DNA of 63,652 nucleotides, filler included, from Pirum gemmata (GCA_002812295.1; 21 parts of 21 records of this genome joined end to end with filler, not necessarily neighbours in it), one strand, 5' to 3'; positions 31,424 to 45,198 are shown, counted from the whole stretch's first letter. Notes: generated by a model from the sequence alone, not told the origin. Numbers and translations: made by a program.

Positions 31424-33214
31424 TCATGGATTCATCCAAACCCATGGAAATGTACCGCAATCTGCAACATATACCTGCCACTGCGTATTGCTATCGTAAA
31501 AGATACATTTCCCCCGTTGCTCTTTATTACGTAAACTAAATCGAATACCATCACTGTGATATTCACGATACCAAAGCTGGGAACTGTTTATCAAAAAACA
31601 TTGTATCCATTGTAAAAATCCTCCAGCATTTAAGTTAAGACATTTCCCATGGTTTTGAATAGAGAATCGGCTAAAAACAGATTCTAATTTAATAGCTTGA
31701 CCTGGCTCGTAAATGCTGCAAGGAGACACTACAGTTGCTTGTCCCGCATTAGGTATATGCGCTGGAATTGAGTGTAAACATTTACGATCATCTATATTAT
31801 TAAACGGGGTAACAGAATCCGCTGCTATAAAAAGTTTGGAAGTGTCAACCAAAGGTTGTCGGTTGCCAAAACCAGCATTACAGCCATCGTAACAGTTTAG
31901 AGCAATATCGTTGGTAGTCCACCACAATGATCCTAAACACCACACTTGAAAACCGGTACCAAAAACATAATTAATGGTCCGGCAATCATTATGTACATCG
32001 GCTTTACAAATCCGAACTGGAAAATCCCAACTAGGCACCTATATATAATATATACATTATTATTATATTATATTAATAATCAAATATTGATACTTTATAA
32101 AATTAATTATTATTTAATTTGAAATTATTCTACGCTATCCTCATGTTATTGGGAAATTGTGAGGTACTTTCTATAGCTCCCCAATTAACCATTATTAATT
32201 ATTATTGAAAATACGTTATTATCATTATTATTATTGGTTTATCGTTATAGCTTAATATAACTGATATACTTTATGTGCATTACCCATGTTGCATAATCAT
32301 CGCCATCACCATTAGGAAAATCCGATCCATAATAACGACCACTGTATCCCCATGTATCAATACCTCCAGTACATGTGGCATCTTTTATACCCAAATTTTG
32401 TGTTAATCCACCGATGGACGTATAATCTTCAGTAACATAAGAGCTTGGTCCAGTGACTTCAAATTGTTGAGGATCTGAACTAGACTGACACCAAATTCCA
32501 TATCCTTTGTTATCTGTTTTTTAGAAAACATATATTTGTTCATTAAAAAACCAACTAATAATAAGATTATGGCAATTATATATATATATATATATATATA
32601 TCTGTACATTCGGTGTATAAAATTCAATATAAAATATTAAAATATTACATAATATTTTTAATTGATTAAGAGAAAAGATCATATTAATTAATTATACCTG
32701 AATATTCTAAAAGATAGGAACTTCCTTCATATTCTATATCTCCATCGTCACTAAAAAATCGAACTGTTACCGGCCAAAATTCTTTACTTACAGAAAGAGT
32801 CGTTGAATCGCCAGAACTGGACGTACCGACATCTTCATTCATTTCACCCAAAAGATGTAAACTATTGTCATCATTATTTAGAGGATCTTGACTATAAATT
32901 CTTATATTCCAGTTAAGCGATTTACAATTCCAGTTTGTTATTACGGGTCTTACTTCACCACCACCATTTCCTATGCCATATTTTATGGTAAGAAAAAATA
33001 AATAACTAAAGTAATATTATGTATAAACAACACTAAGTCTTATTGATAACAAAAATAATAATATGTTGTATATAAAAGATAAAAAATACTATTAGAAACG
33101 ATTTATAAATAGCCCCAAATTACCTTCTACATTCAACATCAAAGCACTTAATACTATCCAAATACTAAGGATTGGCGAGCATTTGCCAGTCAATTTATGA
33201 TTAAAAAGAAACAT
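31424..33214 (-). CDS. Putative secreted 402-aa protein with C-terminal ricin-B (beta-trefoil) lectin-like region; exons 33124-33214, 32698-32970, 32284-32513, 31424-32038
   Basis: Four phase-consistent GT-AG exons (1209 nt), N-terminal hydrophobic segment ILSIWIVLSALML, and ricin-B-type motifs GKCLNLN...C...SSQLW and GKCIFYD...VYVADC. Confidence 0.7.
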
Positions 33215-34198
33215 TATTTTATTATTATTTATATCATAGCCTATTATTTATTGCTTTTACTTTTTTTTTTTTACTTATCTTCTCTTTTATTTTTTCAATT
33301 TATTTATTGTTGCTTATATAATTATTTCGTAAGAAAAAATTTTTAAATGAAAATAAATAAGTTTCAAACAAGAGACGTCTATGGCTTTTTTTTAAATTTT
33401 NNNNNNNNNNNNNNNNNNNNNNNNNNNNNNNNNNNNNNNNNNNNTTAATTAATTAANNNNNNNNNNNNNNNNNNNNNNNNNNNNNNNNNNNNNNNNNNNN
33501 GACAATTTTAAATCAATATACAGATAACAAAACATACCAAATTAGATTAAATTAGTTTATATTATATTAATTTGGTATCATTTATTGTATACTTTATAAT
33601 GACAAAACAACTGAAAAGCACTATAGCTAGCTAGCTAGCTAGAGTAGTTATTAAAACTAACAATAGACTATGATAGCTATTGCTATCATTATCATATTGT
33701 CATACCGGTATGACCATACAAGGCTGCATTATCATATGACCATACAAGGCTGCAGTAGATCTGCTGTAGCTACTAAGTAACAGGTATAGTTTATTTCATT
33801 ACAGTTGTCCTCTCAATCTTTAATTTGGTACTGTTGAAGTGTATAATTGAACTTGTTTATGAAATACAACAGTAAGTATAAAATACCAAATTAATTAAAT
33901 CATGTCTGATAGTTTGGTATGCTTATTTCAGTTTTTGAACTGGACAACACTATTGAAAAACACAATAACTAGCTATTTTAAATTGGTAGAAGTGGTAGAG
34001 TAGACTTAGAGTAGACCAGTTAAGAACATGAATTTTTATTGGACACAATTCAAACCATTAGCTTAGGAAATATTGGTTAGTTTTCAAAATATACCATATA
34101 TAGTAATATTCTATTTTTTGTTTTGTGAACACACCTGAACACAGCCAGAACACTGGCCAGAACACACTTCAACACAAGCCAACTCGAATCTTTCTGAT

Positions 34199-34265
<67 letters not shown>

Positions 34266-35075
34266 TCCTATTTTTTTTTAAAAAAAAGTTATGATAGGGA
34301 ACATTCATAGGCAGTAATTAATTATTAAAAAATGAACTTTTTCCTTTAGCTACCCGGTATCAGATATCGATAGTAGTATCATACTATTAGCTGTAGCTAC
34401 TAGATATCATAACTAGTCTATATTACTAACCCTAACCCTAACCCTAACCGCTAACCCTAACCGGTAGACTATGACCTATGTCATGAGACCTATCGTGCTT
34501 TTCAGTTGTTTTGTCATCATAGAATATACAATAAATAATACCAAATTAATACTATATAAATCCATTTAATTTAATTTGGTATATTATATTATCTATTTAT
34601 TCATTTAAAAATGTCAACTTAAATATTATAACCAACCAAATAAATATTCANAAGCACAATATAAATAGCTAGCTAGGTCTCATAATATCGTGTTGTCCAG
34701 TTCAAAAACTGAAATAAACGTATCAAATTATTATTATGGTTAAACTATCAGACATGTTTTAATTATATTGGTATTTTATATATGTATTGTTATATTTTAT
34801 AAAACAGTTCAATTATACACTTAAAAAGTACCAAATTAAAGATTGAGAGGACAACTGCAATGGAATAGACGATAATAATATATTATCATATCTGAGATTA
34901 TCATATTATTATTATCGATAATTTTTACTATACCCTTTATATAGGCCCTTGCCCAGACAGAATTCGTGCTTTGTTGTTTTAAAAATTAAAGAGGGTCATA
35001 GCTATCACACCTGGGCTATCACACTATGATATCAATAGACTATGATAGACTGTGCTTTTCAGTTGTTTTGTCATC

Positions 35076-35147
35076 TGTTAAACCTGGGGATAACCACTAC
35101 GCTAGCTTGATCAAGCTAGCGTAGTGGTTATCCCCAGGTTTTTAACA
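35076..35147. mobile_element. 72-bp hairpin mini-element with TGT...ACA termini and 4-bp TSD CATC, inserted in a family C MITE
   Basis: Perfect 62-bp palindrome 35080-35141, CATC at 35072-35075 and 35148-35151; a second copy starts at 36097. Confidence 0.7.
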
Positions 35148-36977
35148 CATCATAAAATATACACCTATACGGGCAGGGCAGACTATCATACCATACTAGG
35201 TCGGTCTATGATAGCTATCCACGATACTATCGATAGTATCTACCGGTCGCGGTATCGATAGACCCCCCCGGTCTAGCGTTTATCATATCATTATGATAAT
35301 TTTTTTTTTTTAAAAAAAAAAGTATTATTAGACCCCGGTCTACACGCCTACTTCCGGCCGGTCAAATACAGCTCATACCTACCTACTACTAGCTAGTACC
35401 TGCCTACTACCTACCAGTACCTACCAATAAATAGTTCCAAATCAATACAATATAAATCAATTTTTAATTTAAGGTATATTTTATTAGCTATGTATTGGTT
35501 TAGAAATTTCAATTTAAATATTATAACCCTCCAAATAAATATTCAGAGTGACAAAATAAATGAAACCCACAATATCATATCGATTTTGGTAGTCTGGGGG
35601 GCTTCGGGAGGGGGGTCTTTCATGACCCCCCCTGGACCCTGGTAAACCCCCTAAAATGGCTGGTTTGGCTGGCAGCTATGAAGTTATGAAGCTATGAGAG
35701 TAAAATGAGTAAAATAACTGTTTACTGTTTACAACTGTTTACAGCTGTTTACAAGTTCTTTAGTAGAGGTTACAGACTTTACAGAAGTAGAGTTATCATA
35801 ATATCATCTCGCAAGCTAGGAGTTATCATGGTAGTAGCGGGGCTATGATGGAATATTGCTGAATATTGTACCACTTGAGATTTATATATTATACGATATA
35901 ATTATATATATTATAGTGCACGTGCTTTTCATTTATTTTGTTATTTTGTTACTCCGGATATTTATTTGGTTGGTTATAATTTTTTAATTGACATTGTTTT
36001 AAATGAATAAATAGATAATAAAATATACCAAATTAATTAAATGAAATGTATTTATATTTTATTAATTTGGTACTCTTTATTGTATATTTTATGATGTGTT
36101 AAACCTGGGGATAACCACTACNNNNNNNNNNNNNNNNNNNNNNNNNNNNNNNNNNNNNNNNNNNNTTAATTAATTAANNNNNNNNNNNNNNNNNNNNNNN
36201 NNNNNNNNNNNNNNNNNNNNNATGATTCTGATATTTATAATATACAATGTAGAAAAAGTTCCGAAAGACCCAAATCTGGTTCCCAAAGGGTTAGGGTTAG
36301 GGTACGGTTAGGGTTAGGGTTAGGGTTAGGGTTAGGGTTAGGGTTAGGGTTAGGGTTAGCTACTACTCTAACATTGATTTAGGCGATAATCCTACATTTA
36401 CTGCTGGGGGGTCTTGGTTTGCATGGAATTCTTTACCTTGGTCTCCTTCATCAACATTGAAAAGTTTGTATGACACAGATAAATAAAGTCACAAAAATGA
36501 CCAATGCTAATTTTAGTACCTTATTTCCAGGAGGACAGTTTTGGTGATTTAGATGATTGGGGCTATGAATGTATACTTTACAATATTTAAGCATATTTAT
36601 ATACACCATTATACTTACTAAACAGCATTTATAACTGATTCAATACATAAAGATTAAGAAATATTAACATGAGCCATGGTCACTTTAAATACTCATTACA
36701 TTTTCACCATTGCTGTTGCTGCTATGAGTTATGAAGATGGTTATTATAAGTATAAAGATTAAGCCATATGCATGTACTATAACTATAGTTGTCTTATTAA
36801 TAATCAGCTTCATAATATCAATAGCAGGAGGAGTATAATGTATAATTATGACATCGGGATAGTCTACTGTGCAATTATCGAAGCAAAAAAGCATTCAATA
36901 ATCTAATTTTAATAAAAGTACTACCAAAATTCGAGAAATCGTCTAATTATGAAAACTCTATTATGAACCAATGAATA

Positions 36978-37176
36978 TCGTGCTTTTCATTTATTTTGTC
37001 ACTCTGAATATTTATTTGGAGTGTTATAATCTTTAAATTGATATTTTTAAGTTAATTAAAATACAAAGATAATAAAATATACTAAATTATATTTTAAATA
37101 GATTAAATTTTGTATTATAATAATTTGGCACTCTTTATTATATATTTTATGATGACAAAACAACTGAAAAGCACGA
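36978..37176 (+). mobile_element. MITE family C, TA TSD (Tc1/mariner-like), nested in a family B copy; other copies near 4327-4500, 4605-4746, 21140-21287, 33501-33622, 34493-34659, 35921-36096, 38135-38314, 50550-50706
   Basis: TIR TCGTGCTTTTCA(T/G)TT(A/G)TTTTGTCA, TA at 36976-36977 and 37177-37178. Confidence 0.88.
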
Positions 37177-37609
37177 TAGTTTTTAAAAATAATTTGCCTA
37201 GTTAGGTTTTTCGAAAAGAAGTTTAAAAAAAAAAACACAAAAAAAAATCATTTCTATGCATACTGTAACTGTAGTTCTGTTTTCTAGTCATGTTTCCTTA
37301 TTAATTTTATTTATGAAAAGAAGGAGCAGTAGGTTACATCGTTTTTGAAAAGACCGTTACAGGTGTAGGTCTCATGTATGATTATAACGAATCATTAAGG
37401 TTAGGGTTAGGGTTAAAACAATTATAACAACGCCAAAATTATATATAATTATATATATAATATAATATTAAATTATAGTTAATTGTTTGAAAAAGTCATT
37501 ATTTTAATTTATTATTACTCTTACTTTCATTTTTTTAAATACTATCAATGTCAATTATTAGTCATTTATTGTAAATACTATCATACTAGGGTTTGCTTTC
37601 TGATTTTTA

Positions 37610-38006
37610 GAAACAAGTTAAAAGGAATGGATGACGCAGCTGCCGTTGCAAAAAAAGCTAATGAAGGTGGATATTACATATAACGCATACCACGCAACGA
37701 AAAGGGCGGGTGAATACTCGGAGGCTGCAAATAAGGGTTAGGGTTAGGGTTAGGGTTAGGATTAAGGTTAGGGTTAGGGTTAGGGTTAGGGTTGGGGTTA
37801 GGGTTAGGTTAACACTCCCCAGGCAAGCCGTGGAAACTGCTGAATTAAAACTCATGAAAGACACCTATGATGTGCACCATGCTGAGTATTTAGATGACGC
37901 TCTTCAACGAAAAATTATATTATTAATAAGGGATGCACAAGATGTTGGTTTAGAGAACAAAAAAGGTCTGCAACTTATGGAGACAGTGTACATGTTGTTA
38001 TTATAA
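37610..38006 (+). pseudogene. Coding remnant interrupted by a (TTAGGG)n tract
   Basis: Protein-like frames on both sides (NKLKGMDDAAAVAKKANEGG; QAVETAELKLMKDTYDVHHAEYLDDALQRK) separated by stops and the telomeric array at 37733-37808. Confidence 0.3.
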
Positions 38007-38338
38007 TTATATATAAGGCGAAAGTAACCGTTTTTTTGCTATATATTATATAACACAGTAATACATTATATACATTAATGTAATCAATAATGAAACAGCT
38101 TATGAAGGCAGTGTACATGTTGTTATTATCATTTATCAGTTATTTTGTCGTCATAAAATATACAATAAATAGTACTAAATTAATATAATATAAATCCATT
38201 TAATTTAATTATTAGGTATATTTTATTATCTATGTATTGATTTAAAAATGTCAATTTAAATATTATAACCCTCTAAATAAATATTTAGAGTGATAAAATA
38301 AATGAAAAGCACGATAATATATATTATATAACACAGTA

Positions 38339-38725
38339 CTATATTATATACATTAATGTAATCAATAATGAAAGTCCACTAATACTAACACACCCTAAAG
38401 TTAATTGCTTATTAAAGATGATATTAACAAAGTTATTATCATTATTATTATTATTTTCATTATTTTGAATACTATCGACATCGTTATTAATATTATTGGA
38501 CATTCTTTTTACAAAATTTGGGTTCTCATTGGAAAAAGTTTGAGAATTTACCTCAGCAAATTTAATGGTTCTCGCACTTGAACTGGAGGAGTTTCTGTTT
38601 TTAATTTTTAATTTTAACTTATTAAATTTTGATATTTTTGATCCATTATTACTTGTATTATCTTTAACATCTTCAACGTTCATTGGTACTACTTGTAAAC
38701 GAGTTGTCGAAATTGAAGACAGCAT
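38339..38725 (-). CDS. Hypothetical 128-aa protein with C-terminal hydrophobic anchor
   Basis: Complete ATG-stop ORF, Asn/Ser-rich, ending LTLGCVSISGLSLLITLMYII. Confidence 0.45.
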   Translation of the reverse strand: MLSSISTTRLQVVPMNVEDVKDNTSNNGSKISKFNKLKLKIKNRNSSSSSARTIKFAEVNSQTFSNENPNFVKRMSNNINNDVDSIQNNENNNNNDNNFVNIIFNKQLTLGCVSISGLSLLITLMYII

Positions 38726-39059
38726 AATATTATATTATACAATTATATTAAGACAGATTTTGTATTAATTATTACAACCAGTTTTATATATATTTTTTTT
38801 TATCTGTTTTTTATCTTTTATATCATATTTTCAAATCACTGAGGGGGTTTTTTTTTTTTATATTTTTTTTTTTTTTTTTTTTNNNNNNNNNNNNNNNNNN
38901 NNNNNNNNNNNNNNNNNNNNNNNNNNTTAATTAATTAANNNNNNNNNNNNNNNNNNNNNNNNNNNNNNNNNNNNNNNNNNNNTTATTTTATTTAGTTTAT
39001 TTAGTTTAATTTGTTTGTTTAGTTTATTTATTTTATTTATTATTTAACTTAATATTGCA

Positions 39060-40777
39060 TTAACTAATTATAATATATAACATTGAAGTATACACTTAGA
39101 AAAGACTAACCTCGGATACATTAGCAACAACACGTTTGGAAATATACAAATTTTAAAAAGTTTAAAACTAGTACATTGCGCCATTTCACATATAGAAGTG
39201 GATGCTTTTGCAAACTCTACTAATCTATTACAATTAGATTTGAGTTCAAATAAGTTAACAAAAATACCATTATTATATTATTAGAAAGGTTTTTAAACCA
39301 GTTACCTAAAACATTACCCAGGTCTGTACCAAGAGGAAATGTATTAGCTATAGATGATAATCCCATCGAAGGTATACCTAATTTTTTAACTGAATTTTTA
39401 AATGTTTGTCCTAATTATTTCACCCTCGTATTACCGATTCTCAATTGCTTTTTCCCGTTAGAAAATCGAAAATTTATCGAAAATATTCAAGAAAAAAACA
39501 AAAAGATAATTGGACCCAATGTTTATCCTTGTTGGTTGCATAATAAAAACAATGATAATAAACAATTATCAGCTGATATTTACTTAAATCCACATTACCT
39601 TCGAGCTTTCAATGCTTCATTAACTTTTTCAAGAATTGATCAAAGGGATTACAAATTTTATAACACAACTTTTATCGAAAAAGTTAATAAAACTGGAGAA
39701 AGGTTTAAATCAAATATGCGTTCTAGTGATAAATATTATTCTAAAATTTCATCTAGTTCAGTTTATATTCGTTTTACTCCAGTAAGTAATGTTGATGCTG
39801 TAAGTATATTCAAAAAACGAACTGATAAAACTAGATTAGCATATATGGCTCAAATATTTGAACAAAGAAAACAAATTTTAAAACAATTAATTGAGAATTG
39901 CACTTCTAAAGAGTTTCATCAATTTTATGCGAAAACAGGGTTATGTACTGATAGAAGAAAGAGATGTAGTGAAAAGTATTTGTATTTTCAATTCAACGAA
40001 ACTGAAATGGGGATGGGTAACGTTAAGGGTGTATGTCATGATTTACAAACTGAATGTTATAGATTACCACAACAATATTACCGGTTTAATAATAAAACCA
40101 AAGAATGTCTGCATGACGCACAAAAAGAATGTGAAGATAAGAAGAATCATCAATACAATGTTACAGAGAAACTATGTTATGATTTAGAGTTTGCATGCAG
40201 TGGAGTACACGGTGATAACTCAAGATACTATGAATACAACTCTGTATCTAGTAAATGTATACACTACAAAGAAAAACAAGAATGCGAAGAAAACGGCAAC
40301 GTCTACAAGGATGGAACTGGTGAATGTTTGCAATCTGGTTTAGATAATACGACTAAAATTATTATTGGTACAGTGGCCTCAGTCTCAGGCGTTATTATAA
40401 TTTTGTTAGGGGTAGGTGGGTTTATTTGTTATCGTAAACGTAAAGAGAAGGTGAAAAACCAATGTGAAAAGGATTTGTTAGGTGGAATGACTCCTTTGGA
40501 GTTCATTAAGAACAACAATTATGGAGATATTACTGGCCCTGTGCTTCAAAGTGATGTAGAATACAGTTCCAACTCACTAATAAATAATAACAACAGTACG
40601 CAAGCTAGAACCAACCTTAACACTAGTAATAATATTTCACCTGCAATGAATTCGAATGTTGTTAATGCTGTAGATAACAATGATGCGGTTTATTCTAATA
40701 TAACCAATAATGTTAGCAATACTAGTGATAATACCGAAATGGATTCGAATAAAGAAGAATTTCTTCAAAAGAAATAG
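39060..40777 (+). CDS. Single-pass receptor-like protein: N-terminal LRRs, Cys-rich repeats, TM, Tyr-motif cytoplasmic tail (5' partial; one frameshift near 39270-39281)
   Basis: LRR frame LKSLKLVHCAISHIEVDAFANSTNLLQLDLSSNKLTKIP; second frame open 39281-40777 with repeated C...Y.YN..T..C units, TM IIIGTVASVSGVIIILLGVGGFICY, RKRK, and tail motifs YGDI/YSSN/YSNI. Confidence 0.75.
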
Positions 40778-41106
40778 CCACAGGGTTCTCAAACAAAGAA
40801 CATCTATAGATGTTATTTAGATTCTTCAAAATAATAATTGTATGCTAGTTAAATGGATTTGTTCTGTGCTGTGTAAAATGTGAATAAGCCAAACCCTGAC
40901 TCTAGCCAAAAACAAAAAAAAAACCTACTAAAAACAGATTATATATTATGGTATTATTATTGAAAGTACAACGACAATGAAATTATTAATTATAACTTAG
41001 ACCAAAGTATTATGAAATAAATCAACAAACTATAACTTTAATTAACTATATAACTGTAACCTACTGCCCCTCCTTTTCATAAGTGAAACAGGTCCTTTTT
41101 TTTTAA

Positions 41107-41343
41107 CTACCAAGCCGGATAAAAATGGCGACATCCGCCATATGAGCTCAAAAATCCAAAAAATCACAAAATGATCCAATTTTAATAAAAGTACTACCAA
41201 ATTTTGAGAAATCGTCTAACTAAGAAAACTCTATTATGAACCAATGGCTATTTTTTATAAATAAGTTGGCTAGTTAGCATTAAAGATTTTTAGAAAAGAA
41301 GTCTAAAAAAAAATGATTTCTACAGTTTTATCCGCCTTGGCTG
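41107..41343 (+). mobile_element. MITE family B, TTAA TSD (piggyBac/Kolobok-type target); other copies 42056-42306, 52930-53162, 56343-56575, partial ~36900-37260 and 49075-49250
   Basis: TTAA|CTACCAAGCCGGATAAAA ... TTTTATCCGCCTTGGCTG|TTAA. Confidence 0.85.
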
Positions 41344-41547
41344 TTAAAAACTTAGTAGCTATAGCCATCTGTCTGCTGGGCTAACATAAGTTGCGAGCAT
41401 TGATGAAATGGAACCCACAGACCTGTATCCATGTATTAATTAATGCACTGATATATTAATTGATGTATTGATGTATTGATGTATTGATGTATTCATGTAT
41501 TTAACAATAACAATAACAATAACAATAACAATAACAATAACAATAAC

Positions 41548-41590
<43 letters not shown>

Positions 41591-42763
41591 TTAACAATAA
41601 CAATAACAATAACAATAACAATAACAATANNNNNNNNNNNNNNNNNNNNNNNNNNNNNNNNNNNNNNNNNNNNTTAATTAATTAANNNNNNNNNNNNNNN
41701 NNNNNNNNNNNNNNNNNNNNNNNNNNNNNTAAAACACAAAAATACATATATTTCTCTTTTTTTCGATATAATATCATTAAGTAAAATGATGGGACAGGAA
41801 CATTGTGGTGCTTTACCTAAATAGGAAATATAGTCAAATATGAAAAAGGCCAATGAAAACGTTTTTTGTTCTTGAAGTGAAATATGAACCAATAATAAAT
41901 CAGATTTAATACCACTAGGTGACTGGACAATGGACAATGGACATCGCCCTTGCCTCCAACAGGGAAACCTGCTAAACTCCTGCTAAACTCTGCTATGATA
42001 GGGGGGGTAACCTGAAAAGTGTGCCCCCCCTTTTTTTTTTACTATCATTTATAGACTACCAAGAAGCCGGAAAAAAATTGCGACAGCTCAAAAATCAAAA
42101 AAATCTCAAAATAAACCAATAATTTTTTTTTAAAAAAATAAAAGTACTACCAAATTTTGAGAATATTCTATTACTAAAAAACTCTATTATGAACCAATGG
42201 CCAGTTTTTAATAATAATTTGGCTAGTTTATAATGAAGGTTTTAGAAAACAAGTGCAAAAAAAAAAAAAAAAAAAAAAGATTTCTACAGTTTTACCGAGC
42301 TTGGCTTTTATAATACCTATAATACTAGTCTATTTACTGAGTCTATTTAGTACAACTTTTTCACTCTAAATATTTATTTGGAGGGTTATAATATTTAAAT
42401 TGACATTTTTAAATCAATAATAACAACAGATAAAAAAAAAAAACCCCCAATTAGGGTTTTGGTAGGCCAACAAACTGCCAACACTTAGTTAGAAATCGAC
42501 TGCTAGTAGTCAGTAGAAATCGCATGATCATGATAATTTGCTACTACAATAATAATAACTATGACATAGATTTTTTTTTAAAATCAAAAGAAGAGCAAAA
42601 CAATGAAACACATAAGTTGACATTAGAAATAGCGTGCAGAGCTTTTTGATACTATATGATATTTTGATGCAGAACGAAAGGGTCCGTTTCTATGGAGTGG
42701 TTGTGGTCACTTGGTTGTGGTCATTTTGCAAATTCTGTGGAATTTCTCCTAGGGTTAGGGTTA

Positions 42764-42899
42764 GGGAGTGTTCAAATACTACGTAACGCCAATTCAAGGG
42801 CTTCAAATACCCCCTACCTACCTACCCCTCGAAGTTAATTTCCGGTCAAATACCACCTACCTACCTACCCCTTGGCGTGACGTATTATTTGAAGCTCCC
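42764..42899 (+). mobile_element. PIF/Harbinger MITE family F, TSD TTA (partial copy also at 52803-52845)
   Basis: GGGAGTGTTCAAATACTACGT...ACGTATTATTTGAAGCTCCC flanked by TTA. Confidence 0.8.
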
Positions 42900-43427
42900 T
42901 TAATTAAGAGACTGGGTTAGGGTTAGGGAAAAAAACTGTTAGGGTTAGTCTAGGGTTAAGGTTAGGATACTGACCAGAAAATTGAACTTCCTGCAAAGTT
43001 ATATAATAGTTATAATACAAACAAAATTAATACTATACTATTCCATTTTATTTAATTGTATATTTATTATTTTTAATTATTCATTTTTAAAAATGTTACA
43101 CCACAACATAAATAAAAAGAACAACACTACTACGTTATCATATAAATTCTTGAGAAATAGCTAATTTCGAGGCAGCTAGAATTTTTAAAATAACAATACT
43201 GACAAAGTTATAATTACAAACCAAATTAATACTATACTATTCCATTTTATAGGTATATTTTACTTATATTTTATTATTTAATTATTCATTTAAAAATGTC
43301 AATTTAACGGTCATAAAACCTGTTTAATTAATACCATTACCTCGCACAGAACTGATACGTATACGTTATCTACCAAAAAAGGTAACGAAACAGTTAATAA
43401 AAATGACGTAAGTTTTGTTTATGACAC

Positions 43428-44345
43428 TTGCCCCTGATTTACGTTCAAGGTTCTGCTGTTATTAATGGCCTTTACACACCCCGCTATTTGGACTGTAACG
43501 CGGCTGTGAAAGCTCCTGGCTATGGTGACGACCCTAGAGCTTTTAACTGGGTTGGCTGGACCAAAGACAGGAACAGTTTTGTGTGTAATTGGGATACTAA
43601 AAACTCAAACTTTTGGGTAATATCGTAATATATTTTAGAATATAATATAATTACAATAATGATAATGATAATGATAATGATAATGATAATGATAATGATA
43701 ATGATAATGATAATGATAATGATAATTAGTGTTAGGGTTAGGGTTAGGGTTAGGGTTAGGGTTAGGGTTAGGGTTGAGGTTAGAGTTAGAGTTAGAGTTG
43801 CAGTTAGAGTTGGAGTTAGAGTTAGAGTTAGAGCTAGGGCCAGGGTTAGGATTAGGGTCACAGGGTTAATCATAAATGATAACGATAGATGATAATATTC
43901 TTATCATATATAACGAGGTAAGAACATCGATTAAGACAAGACGATAACAACAGCGACAATAACAACAGCAATAACAATAATAAATAATTATAATAATTAT
44001 AATAATAATAATGATAATAATTAATAATCATTAATAATAACTAATAGTTAATAATAATTAATAATAATTAATAATAATTAATAATAATAGTTAATAATTA
44101 ATAATTGATAATAATTAATAATTAATAATAATTAATAATAGTAATTAAATAAACAACTCAAATTATAAAATTATTTATCAAATTTAAAAGGTTCACATAA
44201 TGGGAAAAATCCAATTCCAACAGATGTTGACTGTTTACACGAAACAAATGCCTACTGGGAAGTAATCTCAACAAAACCCTTCAAATGCCTACTGGGAAGT
44301 AATCTCAACAAAACCCTTCACTGCTTTTACTATAACATTTGAAGG
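43428..44345 (+). pseudogene. Possible exon fragments of an unknown protein; the second contains a 38-bp tandem duplication
   Basis: Protein-like ORF 43428-43616 ending at GTAATA; AG...GT-bounded segment ~44191-44344 with duplicated AAATGCCTACTGGGAAGTAATCTCAACAAAACCCTTC. Confidence 0.3.
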
Positions 44346-44517
44346 TATTATTATTATTATTATATTATTATTTTATTATTATTATATTANNNNNNNNNNN
44401 NNNNNNNNNNNNNNNNNNNNNNNNNNNNNNNNNTTAATTAATTAANNNNNNNNNNNNNNNNNNNNNNNNNNNNNNNNNNNNNNNNNNNNAGTCCTGATAT
44501 GTGTAGTATACTCCTTG

Positions 44518-45147
44518 TCATTTTACATGCCGTTTATATCGTTCTTTCACTGTTATATATATATGTACGTCCTTGGGTGTTTTGCTTGAAAGTATGCCTT
44601 TCATTTCTAGTGATGTAAACAGATCCTCGTTTATATATTCTGTACCATAGTCGAATCTCATTATTTCAATAATTGATGGTTGTTCTGTGCTGTTATTTAG
44701 TCTGCGAAGTTTAATTGCCTCATTATGTTTATCAACCCAATCATCAATTATTTCTTTGATTTCCTCTTTCGTTCTTGAAAAGAGTGGCCACCATTTTGAT
44801 GGTTTTGTGTCGGTTACTATTATTACATACCTTGTTCCGTCGTATGCTATTTCATCCCATTCCTTTGTGTCGATATATAACAATTGTCCTGGGTTACATT
44901 CTGAGTGTGTTTCACTTTGCTTGTTAACTTTCTTCTTATTAAGTTTACTTTTAACGCATATATCACATTGTCTATTTGAAAATTTCTTCACTGTTGGGTT
45001 GATATGTTTAATATATCTGTGTGCGATATGTCCATATATCATGTGCTCCATTGGTATATCATTTGCTTTAGTCACTTGTGTATGTATATTGGCGATAGTT
45101 GTATTCATGTTCGTGTGTGTGCCTTTGCTGCTTGGTTGTTTCACGTT
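44518..45147 (-). mobile_element. Ty1/copia pol remnant: GAG-pre-integrase zinc-binding region plus rve integrase core
   Basis: HMIYGH...CDICVKSK (HHCC), LLYIDTK, RYVIIVTD, IMRFDYGTEYIN, GILSSKTP. Confidence 0.88.
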
Positions 45148-45198
45148 GTTTTTAATAGATTATCTCATTTCTCATTTTTACGTATGTTGGAAAATGGA

